Shown here: positions 9,701-19,645 of the stretch, piece after piece | How the letters are laid out: every line of letters starts with the position of its first letter | Position numbering within the stretch: the stretch's first letter is position 1 | Source: an uncultured Bacilli bacterium | GTDB lineage: Bacteria > Bacillota_I > Bacilli_A > RF39 > UBA660 | NCBI GenBank assembly: GCA_944358305.1 | Contig: CALVQK010000001.1 | Span: 163,103-227,102, forward strand | Length of the DNA: 64,000 bases | Direction of reading: 5' to 3' | The notes under the pieces: model-generated | What the model was told of the DNA's origin: nothing | The model's database searches: none | The model's input: only the letters and a program-made list of their open reading frames with translations | Made by a program: the position numbers and the translations under genes

Positions 9701-11470
9701 ATGAAAAGATTATTACTAGAAACAAGCTTTAGTAAAATTTATATGATTTCAGTAATAGTAATAAGCTTACTTATAATAGGAGGCTATTTTTCATATGCTA
9801 TGTTTACAGTAAATAGAGAAAAGGGAAATGCTATAAGTATAGTAACAGGGAATTTAACTTATAAACTAGAGGTAGATGGAAGTGAAGGCAATACTTTAAC
9901 AGTACCACAAAACAGTAGTAGAGAATTTATAGTAACACTATCTAATCCTAATAATAGAAAAGCAAGATTTAACTTTTATTATTTAAATGATTTACCTAAT
10001 AATGTAGAAGCAGGATATATAATAGATTGTGAAACAAACACTTTACCAGAATCTGTTGGCGTAAACTTAGAAACAAGTGGAACAGCAGGTTCTAGTAATA
10101 TATATAAAATAATGGTAGAGAATAATTCTAGTAATGATATAACAATAGAGTTAGGAGTAAATGTAGGACTAGATTATAATGATTTAGAATTACCAAGTAA
10201 TGGACATATATTTAAAGAATATGAGAATGTTCCAAATGCTCCAGAGTTAGATGAAGGAATGATACCAGTAAGTTATGATGGATCTAACTGGGTAAAAGCA
10301 GAGTCTAATAATACAGATAATAGTTGGTATAACTATGATGAACAGATGTGGGCAAATGCTGTCACCGTAACAGAAGAAACAAGAGATATATATAAGAGTG
10401 CTGATGTAGGAACAACAATATCAATGGATGATATAGAGACAATGTGGGTATGGATACCAAGATATAGTTACTCTATAGGAAGCGAAGATGGTACAAATTA
10501 CTATGGAAAAAAAGGATGCTATTTAGAAACAGATCCTACTCAAGCTTTACCAGGAGAAATAGATGTAAGATTTGTATCAACTTCTATAAAAGATAGAGGA
10601 ACAGCTAAATATGTAACAACTACAGGTTCAAGAGAGTATTATACTCCAGATGCCTTTACATTTGGAGATGAAGAACTATCAGGAATCTGGGTAGGAAAAT
10701 TTGAGACAAGTAGTAATTCAAGTTCTCCTGACGGAGGAGGAAATACAACAGAATTAGATCCGATGATAAAACCTAATACTCCAGATTGGCGCTGGATTAG
10801 TGTAAGTAATGCCTTTAATGTATCTTTAAAAATGAATGATGAAGGAAATAGGTATGGAATAGAAAGTACAACCGATACTCATATGATGAAGAATAGTGAA
10901 TGGGCAATAGTAGCCTATCTATCCCAAAGTAAATATGGTAAGTTAGGTAATACTAATTTCACAGGTGACAATAAAGAGATATATCAAAATAAATCAGATC
11001 AATATATAACAGGATGCAGTTATGGTGCTCCAAGTGATGATAGTACGGATTATGGATGTCAATATACCTATGACATCGATATAAACGGAACAGGAGCAAG
11101 TACAACAGGAAATATCTATGGAATTTATGATATGAGTGGAGGAGCTTGGGAGTATGTAATGGGTAATTACAATGATATAGTAGGTGATAGTAATTTTGTT
11201 TCTATGCCAGAATCAAAGTATTATGATAAATATACAAATAGTGATATTTTTTCTTCATGTAATGGTCAGTTATGCTTGAGCCATAATTTAGGCGAAACAG
11301 CAAATTGGTATAATAGTGCAAAAGGCCATGTTACAGAAACATATCCTTGGATGATATGTGGTGGTTATTATTCACAAATTGATTCTAGTTTATTTAAAGT
11401 AGACGCGTCAAATAATTATGGCAGTGCCCATTCACTTGTATCTTTCCGATTAGTAGCAACAACAAGTTAA
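9701..11470 (+). CDS. N-terminally anchored surface protein with C-terminal FGE-sulfatase (formylglycine-generating-enzyme)-like domain, paralogue A
   Basis: Single N-terminal TM/signal anchor. The C-terminal half carries FGE-family-like motifs NSEWAIVAYLS and GIYDMSGGAWEYVMGNY (compare GxYDMxGNVWEW). RBS AGGAGTGGAG. Confidence 0.6.
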   Translation: MKRLLLETSFSKIYMISVIVISLLIIGGYFSYAMFTVNREKGNAISIVTGNLTYKLEVDGSEGNTLTVPQNSSREFIVTLSNPNNRKARFNFYYLNDLPNNVEAGYIIDCETNTLPESVGVNLETSGTAGSSNIYKIMVENNSSNDITIELGVNVGLDYNDLELPSNGHIFKEYENVPNAPELDEGMIPVSYDGSNWVKAESNNTDNSWYNYDEQMWANAVTVTEETRDIYKSADVGTTISMDDIETMWVWIPRYSYSIGSEDGTNYYGKKGCYLETDPTQALPGEIDVRFVSTSIKDRGTAKYVTTTGSREYYTPDAFTFGDEELSGIWVGKFETSSNSSSPDGGGNTTELDPMIKPNTPDWRWISVSNAFNVSLKMNDEGNRYGIESTTDTHMMKNSEWAIVAYLSQSKYGKLGNTNFTGDNKEIYQNKSDQYITGCSYGAPSDDSTDYGCQYTYDIDINGTGASTTGNIYGIYDMSGGAWEYVMGNYNDIVGDSNFVSMPESKYYDKYTNSDIFSSCNGQLCLSHNLGETANWYNSAKGHVTETYPWMICGGYYSQIDSSLFKVDASNNYGSAHSLVSFRLVATTS

Positions 11471-11540
11471 TTGAGTAAAAAAAGAAAACAGTAAATAAAA
11501 AATTATTAGTACTGTGGTATAAGATATTTATTCATAATAA

Positions 11541-11572
11541 AAGGGAAATGAGTTTTTATTCATTTCCTTTTG
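11541..11572. terminator. bidirectional rho-independent terminator between convergent genes
   Basis: AAGGGAAATGA-loop-TCATTTCCTT hairpin. The minus-strand stop codon lies in the loop. Confidence 0.55.
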
Positions 11573-11924
11573 TCATTATTCTTAATTTATCATAACTTTC
11601 TAATCCTTTAGAACTTCCTTCTGGAAGTAGATAAATATAATAAGCTTTAAGTCTTGGCCTAACAAACTTCTCTGTTTTAATAGATGGGTATATTGCTAAG
11701 ATATTATTCTCTTTATCAGTAACTACAATGTCAAGTTTTTGACAAACAAAATAAGTGTTGATCATTTTCTTTTTAGGATAACATAATCCTTCTTTAATAG
11801 GATAAAGATAAAATCTATATCCTTTAATTCTATCCTTAAACTTAGTTACCATTTTAAATTTTATTTTATTCTTACCATTTTTTATATATCTTTCCACGAA
11901 AATCACCTGTATATATAATAACAT
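11556..11924 (-). CDS. small hypothetical protein, possibly DUF192-like
   Basis: MINTYFVCQKLDIVVTDKENNIL resembles the DUF192/COG1430 core. Start is uncertain (ATG 11924 or GTG 11897). Confidence 0.35.
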   Translation of the reverse strand: MLLYIQVIFVERYIKNGKNKIKFKMVTKFKDRIKGYRFYLYPIKEGLCYPKKKMINTYFVCQKLDIVVTDKENNILAIYPSIKTEKFVRPRLKAYYIYLLPEGSSKGLESYDKLRIMTKGNE

Positions 11925-12005
11925 TCCTTTAAGATTTTAGCCATATTATTAATTGAAAAACTATTATCTGTGTGCTAATATTAAAATAAGGAGTGTAGTG
12001 AGTGT

Positions 12006-13394
12006 ATGAATAATAATCAAAATAGCAGTAATTTATCTAATATGTATGGAACAAATAATGGAGTAGTTCATAATCAAGAGAGTAATAATATTTCAAATCA
12101 AACTAGTAATATGAATACGCAATCAACCGATATAAATAATACTGGAATTGTAGATAGTACGAATAGTTTAAATAATAGTAATAATCAAACTATAAATCAA
12201 AATAATAATATCCTAAAAGATCAGTCAAATATTTTAGGAGAAAATCTTTCTATTAATAGTGAGAGTATTAATCAAAATCTGAATGACAATAGTTCTAACA
12301 TAAATAATGTAAATAATTATTCATCTTCACCCTCAGTTTCTGCTAATATTAATCAAGAACCTTTAAGTGAACAAAAGAAAAGTGAAATAATTGATCATTA
12401 TATCAATCCAGGGCCAGGCAGTAATGAAACAGTAAACAATAATACCGCTTCTAATGATGAAGAATACTTAAAAGCTTATATAGGAAAAAATTATGAGAAA
12501 ATTATGAACAGTAATATTTCTATACCTGCTTTCTTCTTTGCTGAACTTTACTGGTTTTATCGAAAGATGTTCTTATTTGGACTTATTCTAGGTATAATAC
12601 GTATCCTTATTTTAAATAGTCCTTTAGGTCTTTTTGCACTCATTGTAAATGTTATTTGTATTTTTATTACTAATAAAGTCTACTTAATAGATGCTAAATA
12701 TAAGATAAGTAAAATAAAAAGTAAAATGTATGGTAAAAACAGCCAAGAAATACTAAATGCTTGTGCTTCTAAAGGTGGTACAAGTATTGGTCTAACAGTT
12801 GGAGGAATAGCAATAGAAATAGTAGGTATTATCATTTTTCTAATTGTAAGTTTAATAACAGGCATGGCCTCTATCTTTAATGTTGACTTTTTAAATAATT
12901 TGTTCTCTAATGTAAATATAAATATTATTCCTAACTCTTCTAGTGGAGAAGAGTCTAATAAAACTTTTGATGGAACTTTATACTTTGATGTTAATACTAA
13001 TATAACAGATAAAGTAGCAGTAAATGTTCCTAGCGTCTTTGAAGATGAAAGTATGGATTCTCATGAATATGCTTATACTTATAACAGTAATCCTAGTGGT
13101 GTCTTTGGAGATTGTAGTTTTTCTTTAAGTATTGTTTCTAATTATACTAATGCTGAAAACTTAGCGACTGGTATGGCTGAGTATTATAATAATACTACTA
13201 ATATAATTAATACAAATGTAAATGGTATAAATTGGTATGGTCTAAACTATAGTTCAGTTTATAATACTACCGCTTACCTTATGGAACTTGATAATAAAGT
13301 CTATTTATATAAATTTGAAATTGGTGATGACTCAGATCAAGCTGCCTGCAATACATATAATGAACAAATTTTCAATTCAATTAGTCTTAAGTAA
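12006..13394 (+). CDS. hypothetical membrane protein with N/S/Q-rich N-terminal low-complexity region
   Basis: An N-rich disordered region of about 150 aa, then a TM cluster, then a Cys-containing C-terminal domain. Confidence 0.45.
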   Translation: MNNNQNSSNLSNMYGTNNGVVHNQESNNISNQTSNMNTQSTDINNTGIVDSTNSLNNSNNQTINQNNNILKDQSNILGENLSINSESINQNLNDNSSNINNVNNYSSSPSVSANINQEPLSEQKKSEIIDHYINPGPGSNETVNNNTASNDEEYLKAYIGKNYEKIMNSNISIPAFFFAELYWFYRKMFLFGLILGIIRILILNSPLGLFALIVNVICIFITNKVYLIDAKYKISKIKSKMYGKNSQEILNACASKGGTSIGLTVGGIAIEIVGIIIFLIVSLITGMASIFNVDFLNNLFSNVNINIIPNSSSGEESNKTFDGTLYFDVNTNITDKVAVNVPSVFEDESMDSHEYAYTYNSNPSGVFGDCSFSLSIVSNYTNAENLATGMAEYYNNTTNIINTNVNGINWYGLNYSSVYNTTAYLMELDNKVYLYKFEIGDDSDQAACNTYNEQIFNSISLK

Positions 13395-13396
13395 TA

Positions 13397-13422
13397 AAGA
13401 GAGTTTTCATTAACTCTTTTTT
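13397..13422 (+). terminator. rho-independent terminator
   Basis: AAAGAGAGTT-ttcatt-AACTCTTTTTT. Confidence 0.6.
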
Positions 13423-13492
13423 CCTTCTTAAAATACTTTAATTAAACTGATATTTATGTTATTATATTGAAGAAAGAAAGGGAGGTAATAAC

Positions 13493-14215
13493 ATGAGTGG
13501 ACATTCAAAATGGGCTACTATTCATAGAAAGAAAGGATTAATAGATGCAGCGCGTGGTAAAGTTTTTCAAAAACTAGCTAAAGAATTATATGTTGCTGCA
13601 AAAAGCGGTGCTCCAGATCCTGATAGTAATGCGGCACTTAGACTTGTAGTTGAGAAAGCTAAAGCTGCTAATATGCCTAAAGATAACATCCAAAAAGCGA
13701 TTGATAAAGCTAAAGGAGCAGGTAATGGTGAAAATTATGAGAGTATAAGATATGAAGGCTATGGACCAGGTGGTGTCGCTATTATGGTAGATTGTCTTAC
13801 TGATAATCGTAATAGAACGGCCTCATCTGTACGTAGTACATTCTCTAAACGTGGTGGTAACTTAGGTACAGATGGTTCTGTTAGTTATATCTTTGAACGT
13901 AAAGGTATTATTGTTATTCCAAGTGATTATGATGAAGATGAAGTAATGTTAACTGCCCTAGATGCTGGAGCCTTAGATATGGAAAATACAGGAGATACAT
14001 ATTTAATTACAACACCTAGTGATAAATTTATTGCAGTAAAAGATGCCCTTGCTACTATGGGTGTTGCAGAATTTCTTACTAGTGAAGTTACATTCGTTCC
14101 AAATAATGAAGTAACTCTTGATGATGAAACTAAAGAAAAAGTATATAATCTAATAGAGGCTTTAGAAGATATAGATGATGTCGGGGATGTTCATCATAAT
14201 ATGAAAGAGGATTAA
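13493..14215 (+). CDS. yebC: YebC/PmpR-family DNA-binding transcriptional regulator
   Basis: Characteristic N-terminus MSGHSKWATIHRKK. Full-length family architecture. Confidence 0.85.
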   Translation: MSGHSKWATIHRKKGLIDAARGKVFQKLAKELYVAAKSGAPDPDSNAALRLVVEKAKAANMPKDNIQKAIDKAKGAGNGENYESIRYEGYGPGGVAIMVDCLTDNRNRTASSVRSTFSKRGGNLGTDGSVSYIFERKGIIVIPSDYDEDEVMLTALDAGALDMENTGDTYLITTPSDKFIAVKDALATMGVAEFLTSEVTFVPNNEVTLDDETKEKVYNLIEALEDIDDVGDVHHNMKED

Positions 14216-14216
14216 G

Positions 14217-14777
14217 ATGTATAGTTATATTATTGGTAAAGTAACAGAAGTAATGTCTAATGCTATTGTTCTAGAAAATAATGGTATAGGTTATCTTATT
14301 AATACACCTAATCCTTTCGCTTTTGAAGAAGGTAATGATTATAAAGTTTATTTGTATCAACAAATTAAAGAAGATGAACATAGTCTTTTTGGTTTTAAAA
14401 CTAAAGAAGAAAAAGAACTATTCTTAAAACTTATTGGTGTTAAAGGTCTAGGCCCCAAAATGGCTTTACCTATTATCGCTACTGGTTCAATTTCTGGTAT
14501 TAGTGATGCGATTAATAGAGAAAATATTCTTTATCTAAAAAAATTCCCTAAAATAGGAGAAAAACTTGCTAAACAAATGATTCTTGATTTAAAAGGTAAA
14601 CTTGATGATTTAAGTACAGAGGGAGAAATAGTTAAAGATACAAGTGAAGAGTTAAGAGAAGCTTTACTTGGTCTTGGCTATAAAGATAAAGAAATAAAAA
14701 GTGTTATTCTAAAAGTAGATCAATCTTTAAGTATCGAAGAGCAAATAAAAGAAGCCTTAAAACTATTTTTAAAGTAG
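14217..14777 (+). CDS. ruvA: Holliday junction DNA helicase subunit RuvA
   Basis: OB-fold N-terminus and a helix-hairpin-helix region (IGVKGLGPKMAL). Directly upstream of ruvB. Confidence 0.8.
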   Translation: MYSYIIGKVTEVMSNAIVLENNGIGYLINTPNPFAFEEGNDYKVYLYQQIKEDEHSLFGFKTKEEKELFLKLIGVKGLGPKMALPIIATGSISGISDAINRENILYLKKFPKIGEKLAKQMILDLKGKLDDLSTEGEIVKDTSEELREALLGLGYKDKEIKSVILKVDQSLSIEEQIKEALKLFLK

Positions 14778-14785
14778 GTGATTAG

Positions 14786-15811
14786 ATGAAGGAAAGAATA
14801 ATAACTAGCGAAGAATTAGAAGATGACGGTGTAGTTGATAATACAATTAGACCAGAAGTCTTAGATGAATATATTGGGCAGTCTGAAGTAAAAGAAAATA
14901 TTAGAGTTTTTATCGAAGCTAGTAAGATAAGGGGAGAAGTATTAGATCATGTACTTTTATATGGCCCTCCAGGCCTTGGTAAAACAACCCTTGCTTACAT
15001 TATCGCTAGAGAACTTGGTGTTAATATTAAAACTGCTAGTGGTCCTTCTATTGAAAAAAGTGGTGACTTAGCAGCAATTCTTTCAACTCTTGAACCAGGT
15101 GATGTTTTATTTATTGATGAAATTCATAGAATGCCTAGATTCATTGAAGAAATATTATACCCAGCGATGGAAGATTTTACTTTAGATATTATTATCGGTG
15201 GTGAAGGTAGTTCCAGAAGTATTAAAATAGATCTACCACCATTTACTCTTGTTGGAGCAACAACAAGAGCAGGAGATTTATCAGCACCACTTAGGGATCG
15301 TTTTGGTATTGTATCTAAATTAAAATTTTATACAACCGAAGAATTAACAGAAATAATTAAAAGAACTAGTAGAGTTTTAGAAATGCCAATAAATGAAGAT
15401 GCTGCCATTGAACTTGCTAAAAGAAGTAGAGGCACTCCACGTATTGCAAACCGTCTATTCAAAAGGGTAAGAGACTTTGCCTTAGTAGATAAAAAAGAAT
15501 CTATCGATTTAGATGTTATGAATAAAGCCTTAGAAAGATTAAAAGTCGGTAAAAGTGGGCTTGATGAAACTGACCATCAATTATTAAAAGCTATTATCGA
15601 AAGATTTAATGGTGGCCCTGTTGGCATAGATGCTCTAGCATCTTCAATCGGAGAAGAAACATCCACAATAGAAGATGTAATAGAACCATATCTTTTACAA
15701 GAAGGATATTTAAAAAGAACAAGCCGTGGTAGAATGGTAACAGAAAAAGCTTATAAAGAATTAAACATAAACTATCAGGGAGGCCTATTTGGAATAGATT
15801 TAGATGTATGA
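14786..15811 (+). CDS. ruvB: Holliday junction DNA helicase RuvB
   Basis: AAA+ Walker [12 protein letters not shown], Walker B DEIHR, and the RuvB C-terminal winged helix. Confidence 0.9.
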   Translation: MKERIITSEELEDDGVVDNTIRPEVLDEYIGQSEVKENIRVFIEASKIRGEVLDHVLLYGPPGLGKTTLAYIIARELGVNIKTASGPSIEKSGDLAAILSTLEPGDVLFIDEIHRMPRFIEEILYPAMEDFTLDIIIGGEGSSRSIKIDLPPFTLVGATTRAGDLSAPLRDRFGIVSKLKFYTTEELTEIIKRTSRVLEMPINEDAAIELAKRSRGTPRIANRLFKRVRDFALVDKKESIDLDVMNKALERLKVGKSGLDETDHQLLKAIIERFNGGPVGIDALASSIGEETSTIEDVIEPYLLQEGYLKRTSRGRMVTEKAYKELNINYQGGLFGIDLDV

Positions 15812-16334
15812 GGATTTAATTAATAAACTTCGCCAAGAAATTATAACTAGTGATTATGATAGAGACTTGTTATCATTTAGACTTAATAATCTAAATAATA
15901 GTAGAAACTTATCTAGCGAAATAAAAGATATAGTGCTTAAAGTTAATGAATTATATAAAATAAGAAAATTTCCTAAAAATGTTGAAGTCGGAGCGTTATT
16001 AGGATTAATATCACTTTTAAATATGATAAAGAACTATGATGAGTATTCTCTTGAAAGTTTCTTCTTTTTAGGTTTTTATTTAAGCGATTATGACAAGGAC
16101 GAATTAGAAGTCTTTGTTAAAACTGCTATTTCACCTAAGATAATAAATATATTATCTTTTAAAGTAGATAATTTATATGAAGAGAGTAGTTACTTAGATT
16201 ATTATTTAGGAAAAGATAATGAGATGGCTTATGATTTAGAAAATAAGAGTAGAACAGAAATAAGAAAGAAGACTGGTTTTATGGAAAATGAAAGTTTTGA
16301 TAGGGGGTATCTTTATGAAATTAGAAGAATTTGA
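15804..16334 (+). CDS. hypothetical protein
   Basis: ORF overlapping the ruvB stop by 8 nt and queA by about 20 nt. No family recognised. Confidence 0.4.
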   Translation: MYEDLINKLRQEIITSDYDRDLLSFRLNNLNNSRNLSSEIKDIVLKVNELYKIRKFPKNVEVGALLGLISLLNMIKNYDEYSLESFFFLGFYLSDYDKDELEVFVKTAISPKIINILSFKVDNLYEESSYLDYYLGKDNEMAYDLENKSRTEIRKKTGFMENESFDRGYLYEIRRI

Positions 16335-17340
16335 TTATTATTTACCAGAAGACTTAATTGCTCAAACACCAATAAAACAAAGAGATGCTTCAAGGTTAAT
16401 GGTGCTTGATAAAGAAACAGGCGAAATATGTCATAAACATTTCTATGATATTATAGATTACTTAAATCCTGGTGATACTTTAGTTTTAAACGATACTAAA
16501 GTCTTACCTGCTAGATTAATTGGTGAGAAAGTAAGTACTAAAGCCGTAATAGAAGTTCTTCTTTTAAAAAATAAAGAAAATGATACTTGGGAAACCTTAG
16601 TTAAACCAGCTAGACGTGTCCATATAGGAGATGTTGTATCATTTGGTAATGGTTTATTAAAACTAACTTGTACAGAAGTTAAAGATGAAGGTATTAGAGT
16701 TTTTGAGGCAAGTTATAAAGGAATATTCTATGAGCTATTAGATAAGTTAGGTACGATGCCTCTACCTCCATATATTCATGAAAAACTAGAAGATAAAGAT
16801 CGTTATCAAACTGTCTATGCCAAAGAAATAGGTAGTGCCGCTGCTCCTACAGCAGGACTTCATTTCACTGAAGAATTACTTACTAAAATAAAAGAAAAAG
16901 GTATAAACATTGTTTATTTAACTCTACATGTAGGACTAGGTACTTTTAGACCTGTTAAAGTAGAAGATGTTACGAAACATAAAATGCATAGTGAATTTTA
17001 TTCATTAAGTAAGAGCGTTGCTGATATTCTTAATCAAACAAGAGCAAATGGGAAAAGAATAATAGCAGTTGGTACAACTTCAACAAGAACACTAGAAACT
17101 ATCTATGAAAAGTTTGGTGAGTTCAAAGAAGATCATGGCTTTACAGATATTTTTATCTATCCTGGAAAAGATGTTAAAAGTATAGATGGACTTATAACTA
17201 ACTTTCATTTACCTAAATCAACCCTAATTATGTTAGTATCAGCCATAGCAGGAAAAGATAATATCTTAAATGCCTATAAAATCGCTGTTAAAGAGAAATA
17301 TAGATTCTTCTCATTTGGAGATGCTATGTTTATAAAATAA
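16315..17340 (+). CDS. queA: S-adenosylmethionine:tRNA ribosyltransferase-isomerase QueA
   Basis: N-terminus [31 protein letters not shown] is the QueA signature. RBS GGGGG upstream of ATG 16315. Confidence 0.85.
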   Translation: MKLEEFDYYLPEDLIAQTPIKQRDASRLMVLDKETGEICHKHFYDIIDYLNPGDTLVLNDTKVLPARLIGEKVSTKAVIEVLLLKNKENDTWETLVKPARRVHIGDVVSFGNGLLKLTCTEVKDEGIRVFEASYKGIFYELLDKLGTMPLPPYIHEKLEDKDRYQTVYAKEIGSAAAPTAGLHFTEELLTKIKEKGINIVYLTLHVGLGTFRPVKVEDVTKHKMHSEFYSLSKSVADILNQTRANGKRIIAVGTTSTRTLETIYEKFGEFKEDHGFTDIFIYPGKDVKSIDGLITNFHLPKSTLIMLVSAIAGKDNILNAYKIAVKEKYRFFSFGDAMFIK

Positions 17341-17393
17341 GCCTTGAAAAACTATAGTTTATAATATATAATAAGCATATTGGAGGAAGAAAT

Positions 17394-18680
17394 ATGGAAA
17401 AAAAAGAAACTAAAAAAGAAACAAATAAGAAAAATTATCATAATATTGAAATAAAAGTAGAAGGAAAAGAATGGACTGACGCTATCGGTAAAGCTTTCAA
17501 AGAAAAAGTAAAGAAAGTAAGTGTTGATGGCTTTAGAAAAGGAAAATGTCCAAAAAATATTTATGACAAAAAATTTGGTCAAGACTATTTAATAGATGCA
17601 GCAGACTTAGTATTACAAGATGCTTATACTAAAGCTTTAAAAGATAATGATTTAGTACCAGTAGTACAACCTGAGCCTAATTTAAAAAGTTTAGATGAAA
17701 AGAGCGTTACTTTTACTTTTAAAATTATTACTAAACCAGAAGTTAAAATTAGTAAATATAGAGACTTAGGTATTAAACCTAATGAAGTTAAAGTAACAAA
17801 AGAAGAAATAGATCATGAAATAGGTCATTTACTTGAGAGATTCGAAGAATTAGTTAATAAAGATGAAAATGGTAAAGTTGAAAATGGTGATGTTGCCGTT
17901 ATTGACTTTGAAGGATTTAAAGATGGAGAGCCTTTTGAAGGTGGTAAAGGAGAAAACTATTCTCTAGAAATAGGAAGTGGTACTTTTATTCCAGGCTTTG
18001 AAGAACAATTAATTGGTATGAAATCTGGAGATGAGAAAGATATTAAAGTAACATTCCCAGAAGATTATATGGAAGAATCTCTAAAAGGTAAAGAAGTAAC
18101 ATTTAAAGTAAAAGTACATGAAATTAAAACTAAAGAAAAAAGAGAACTTGATGAAGATTTCTTCTTCGATCTTGGTATTGAAGGCGTTAATGATGAAGAA
18201 AGCTTAAGAAAAGAAGTAGAAGCTAATATCAAAGCTAATAAAGATATGGAAGAAGAAAACAAATATATTGATAGATTACTAGAAGCAGTATCTAAAAATG
18301 TAGAAGTTGATATTCCAGAAGAAATGGTTAACGAAGAAGTTGAAAGACTATTTAGAAGAACAGAACAACAAATGGCTATGCAAGGAATTAGTTTAGATTT
18401 ATATTATCAAGTTACTAAATCTACTGAAAAAGATTTAAAAGATCAACTAGAAAAAGAAGCATATCAAAATGTTTTATATCGTTTAATGCTTGAAGAAATC
18501 ATGAATATAGAAAAGATTGAAGTAACAGAGAGTGATGCTATGGAAGAAGCTAAACGTCTTGCTGAAAGATATCAAATGGAACTTGATGCTTTCTTAAATG
18601 AATTTGGTGGTATTGAAATGGTTCAATATGACCAAGAAATGAGAAAAACTATTGAATTATTAAAAGAATTAAATAAATAG
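17394..18680 (+). CDS. tig: trigger factor
   Basis: N-terminal ribosome-binding region with GFRKGKCP, a central FKBP-type PPIase region and a C-terminal chaperone domain. Confidence 0.85.
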   Translation: MEKKETKKETNKKNYHNIEIKVEGKEWTDAIGKAFKEKVKKVSVDGFRKGKCPKNIYDKKFGQDYLIDAADLVLQDAYTKALKDNDLVPVVQPEPNLKSLDEKSVTFTFKIITKPEVKISKYRDLGIKPNEVKVTKEEIDHEIGHLLERFEELVNKDENGKVENGDVAVIDFEGFKDGEPFEGGKGENYSLEIGSGTFIPGFEEQLIGMKSGDEKDIKVTFPEDYMEESLKGKEVTFKVKVHEIKTKEKRELDEDFFFDLGIEGVNDEESLRKEVEANIKANKDMEEENKYIDRLLEAVSKNVEVDIPEEMVNEEVERLFRRTEQQMAMQGISLDLYYQVTKSTEKDLKDQLEKEAYQNVLYRLMLEEIMNIEKIEVTESDAMEEAKRLAERYQMELDAFLNEFGGIEMVQYDQEMRKTIELLKELNK

Positions 18681-18709
18681 TTGCTAGAATTAAAAATCTT
18701 TGATAAAAT
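18681..18709 (+). promoter_or_regulatory. sigma-70-type promoter for rpmG
   Basis: TTGCTA-17nt-TAAAAT. Confidence 0.45.
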
Positions 18710-18736
18710 TACTAGAGGAAAAAAGGAGGGATAACG

Positions 18737-18904
18737 ATGGCAAAGAAATTAGGACATAGACAAAAGAAGACATTTGTATGCTCAGTTTGTGGTAATGAAA
18801 ATTATAGAGAAGAGAAAAATGTAAATAATACTCCAGGAAGAATGGAAATTAGTAAATATTGTAAATTCTGTGGTAAACACACAACTCATAAAGAGAAAAA
18901 ATAA
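18737..18904 (+). CDS. rpmG: 50S ribosomal protein L33
   Basis: 55-aa ORF not in the supplied track. CxxC...NTPGR...CxxC zinc-ribbon pattern typical of L33. RBS AAAGGAGGG. Terminator hairpin 18911-18933. Confidence 0.8.
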   Translation: MAKKLGHRQKKTFVCSVCGNENYREEKNVNNTPGRMEISKYCKFCGKHTTHKEKK

Positions 18905-18910
18905 TAATAT

Positions 18911-18933
18911 AACAGTCATTTAATGACTGTTTT
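18911..18933 (+). terminator. rho-independent terminator after rpmG
   Basis: AACAGTCATT-t-AATGACTGTT palindrome plus TT. Confidence 0.55.
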
Positions 18934-18958
18934 AAGTCTATAAGAAAGGAGTAAGAAA

Positions 18959-19516
18959 ATGGTTAATTCAAATGATTTTAAACCAGGTATGACTATTAAG
19001 TTCGAAGGAGGAATCTATACAATCCTTGAAAGTCAACACGTTAAACCAGGTAAAGGAGCTGCTATTGTTAAAGCTAAGATGAAAAACTTAAGAACAGGTT
19101 CTATCGTTGAAAAAACATTTAATGCTGGTGTTAAAGTAGAAACTGCTCATATCGATAAGAAGACTATGCAATTCCTTTATGCTATGGGAGATACTTATTA
19201 TTTTATGAGTATGACAGATTATGAACAAATAGAACTTGATAAAAGTGTAATTGGTGATGATGCTAAATACTTAAAAGAAAACTTAGAAGTAGAAATTACT
19301 TTCTTTGAAGGTGAGATGTTAGGTATGAATTTACCTGATAAAGTAGTTATGAAAGTAACTAAGACAGAGGATGCTGTTAAAGGTAATACTTCAAGTGGTG
19401 CGATGAAAAATGCTGAACTTGAAACAGGTATGACTATTCAGGTACCATTATTTATTAAACAAGATGAAGATATTTTAGTTAGTACTAAAGACGGTAAATA
19501 TGTTTCACGTGCGTAA
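18959..19516 (+). CDS. efp: elongation factor P
   Basis: Conserved KPGKG loop (modifiable Lys) and the three-domain EF-P length. Confidence 0.9.
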   Translation: MVNSNDFKPGMTIKFEGGIYTILESQHVKPGKGAAIVKAKMKNLRTGSIVEKTFNAGVKVETAHIDKKTMQFLYAMGDTYYFMSMTDYEQIELDKSVIGDDAKYLKENLEVEITFFEGEMLGMNLPDKVVMKVTKTEDAVKGNTSSGAMKNAELETGMTIQVPLFIKQDEDILVSTKDGKYVSRA

Positions 19517-19545
19517 AACAATAACTTAAGTTATTGTTTTTTTCT
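19516..19545 (+). terminator. rho-independent terminator after efp
   Basis: AAAACAATAACTT/AAGTTATTGTTTT stem plus a T-run. Confidence 0.6.
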
Positions 19546-19645
19546 TTTCTATAATTGATTTATCGGATTCTATGTGGTAACATTTTATTAGATAATAGAA
19601 TGGCAAGACTAAGATATAACCATTCTAACTAATAAGGAGTGTAAC

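Larger units (their letters stand above)
9507..11655. repeat. segmental duplication, copy A (original context); partner at 60463-62598
   Basis: Collinear near-identical DNA. Spans the last 34 nt of divIB, the intergenic promoter, the surface-protein gene, the terminator and about 100 nt of the convergent small gene. Confidence 0.9.

Noticed and set aside
9507-11655. Duplicated 2.1-kb segment as a transposable element
   Set aside because: It has no transposase, no terminal inverted repeats and no target-site duplication. Its boundaries fall inside neighbouring genes, so it is better explained as a recombinational segmental duplication.
19546-19645. Inverted repeat TAGAATGG-N16-CCATTCTA upstream of the 19646 surface-protein gene, as a regulatory operator
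   Set aside because: It is a single 8-bp stem with a long loop in an AT-rich spacer. There is no second occurrence upstream of the paralogues, so evidence is insufficient to call it a feature.
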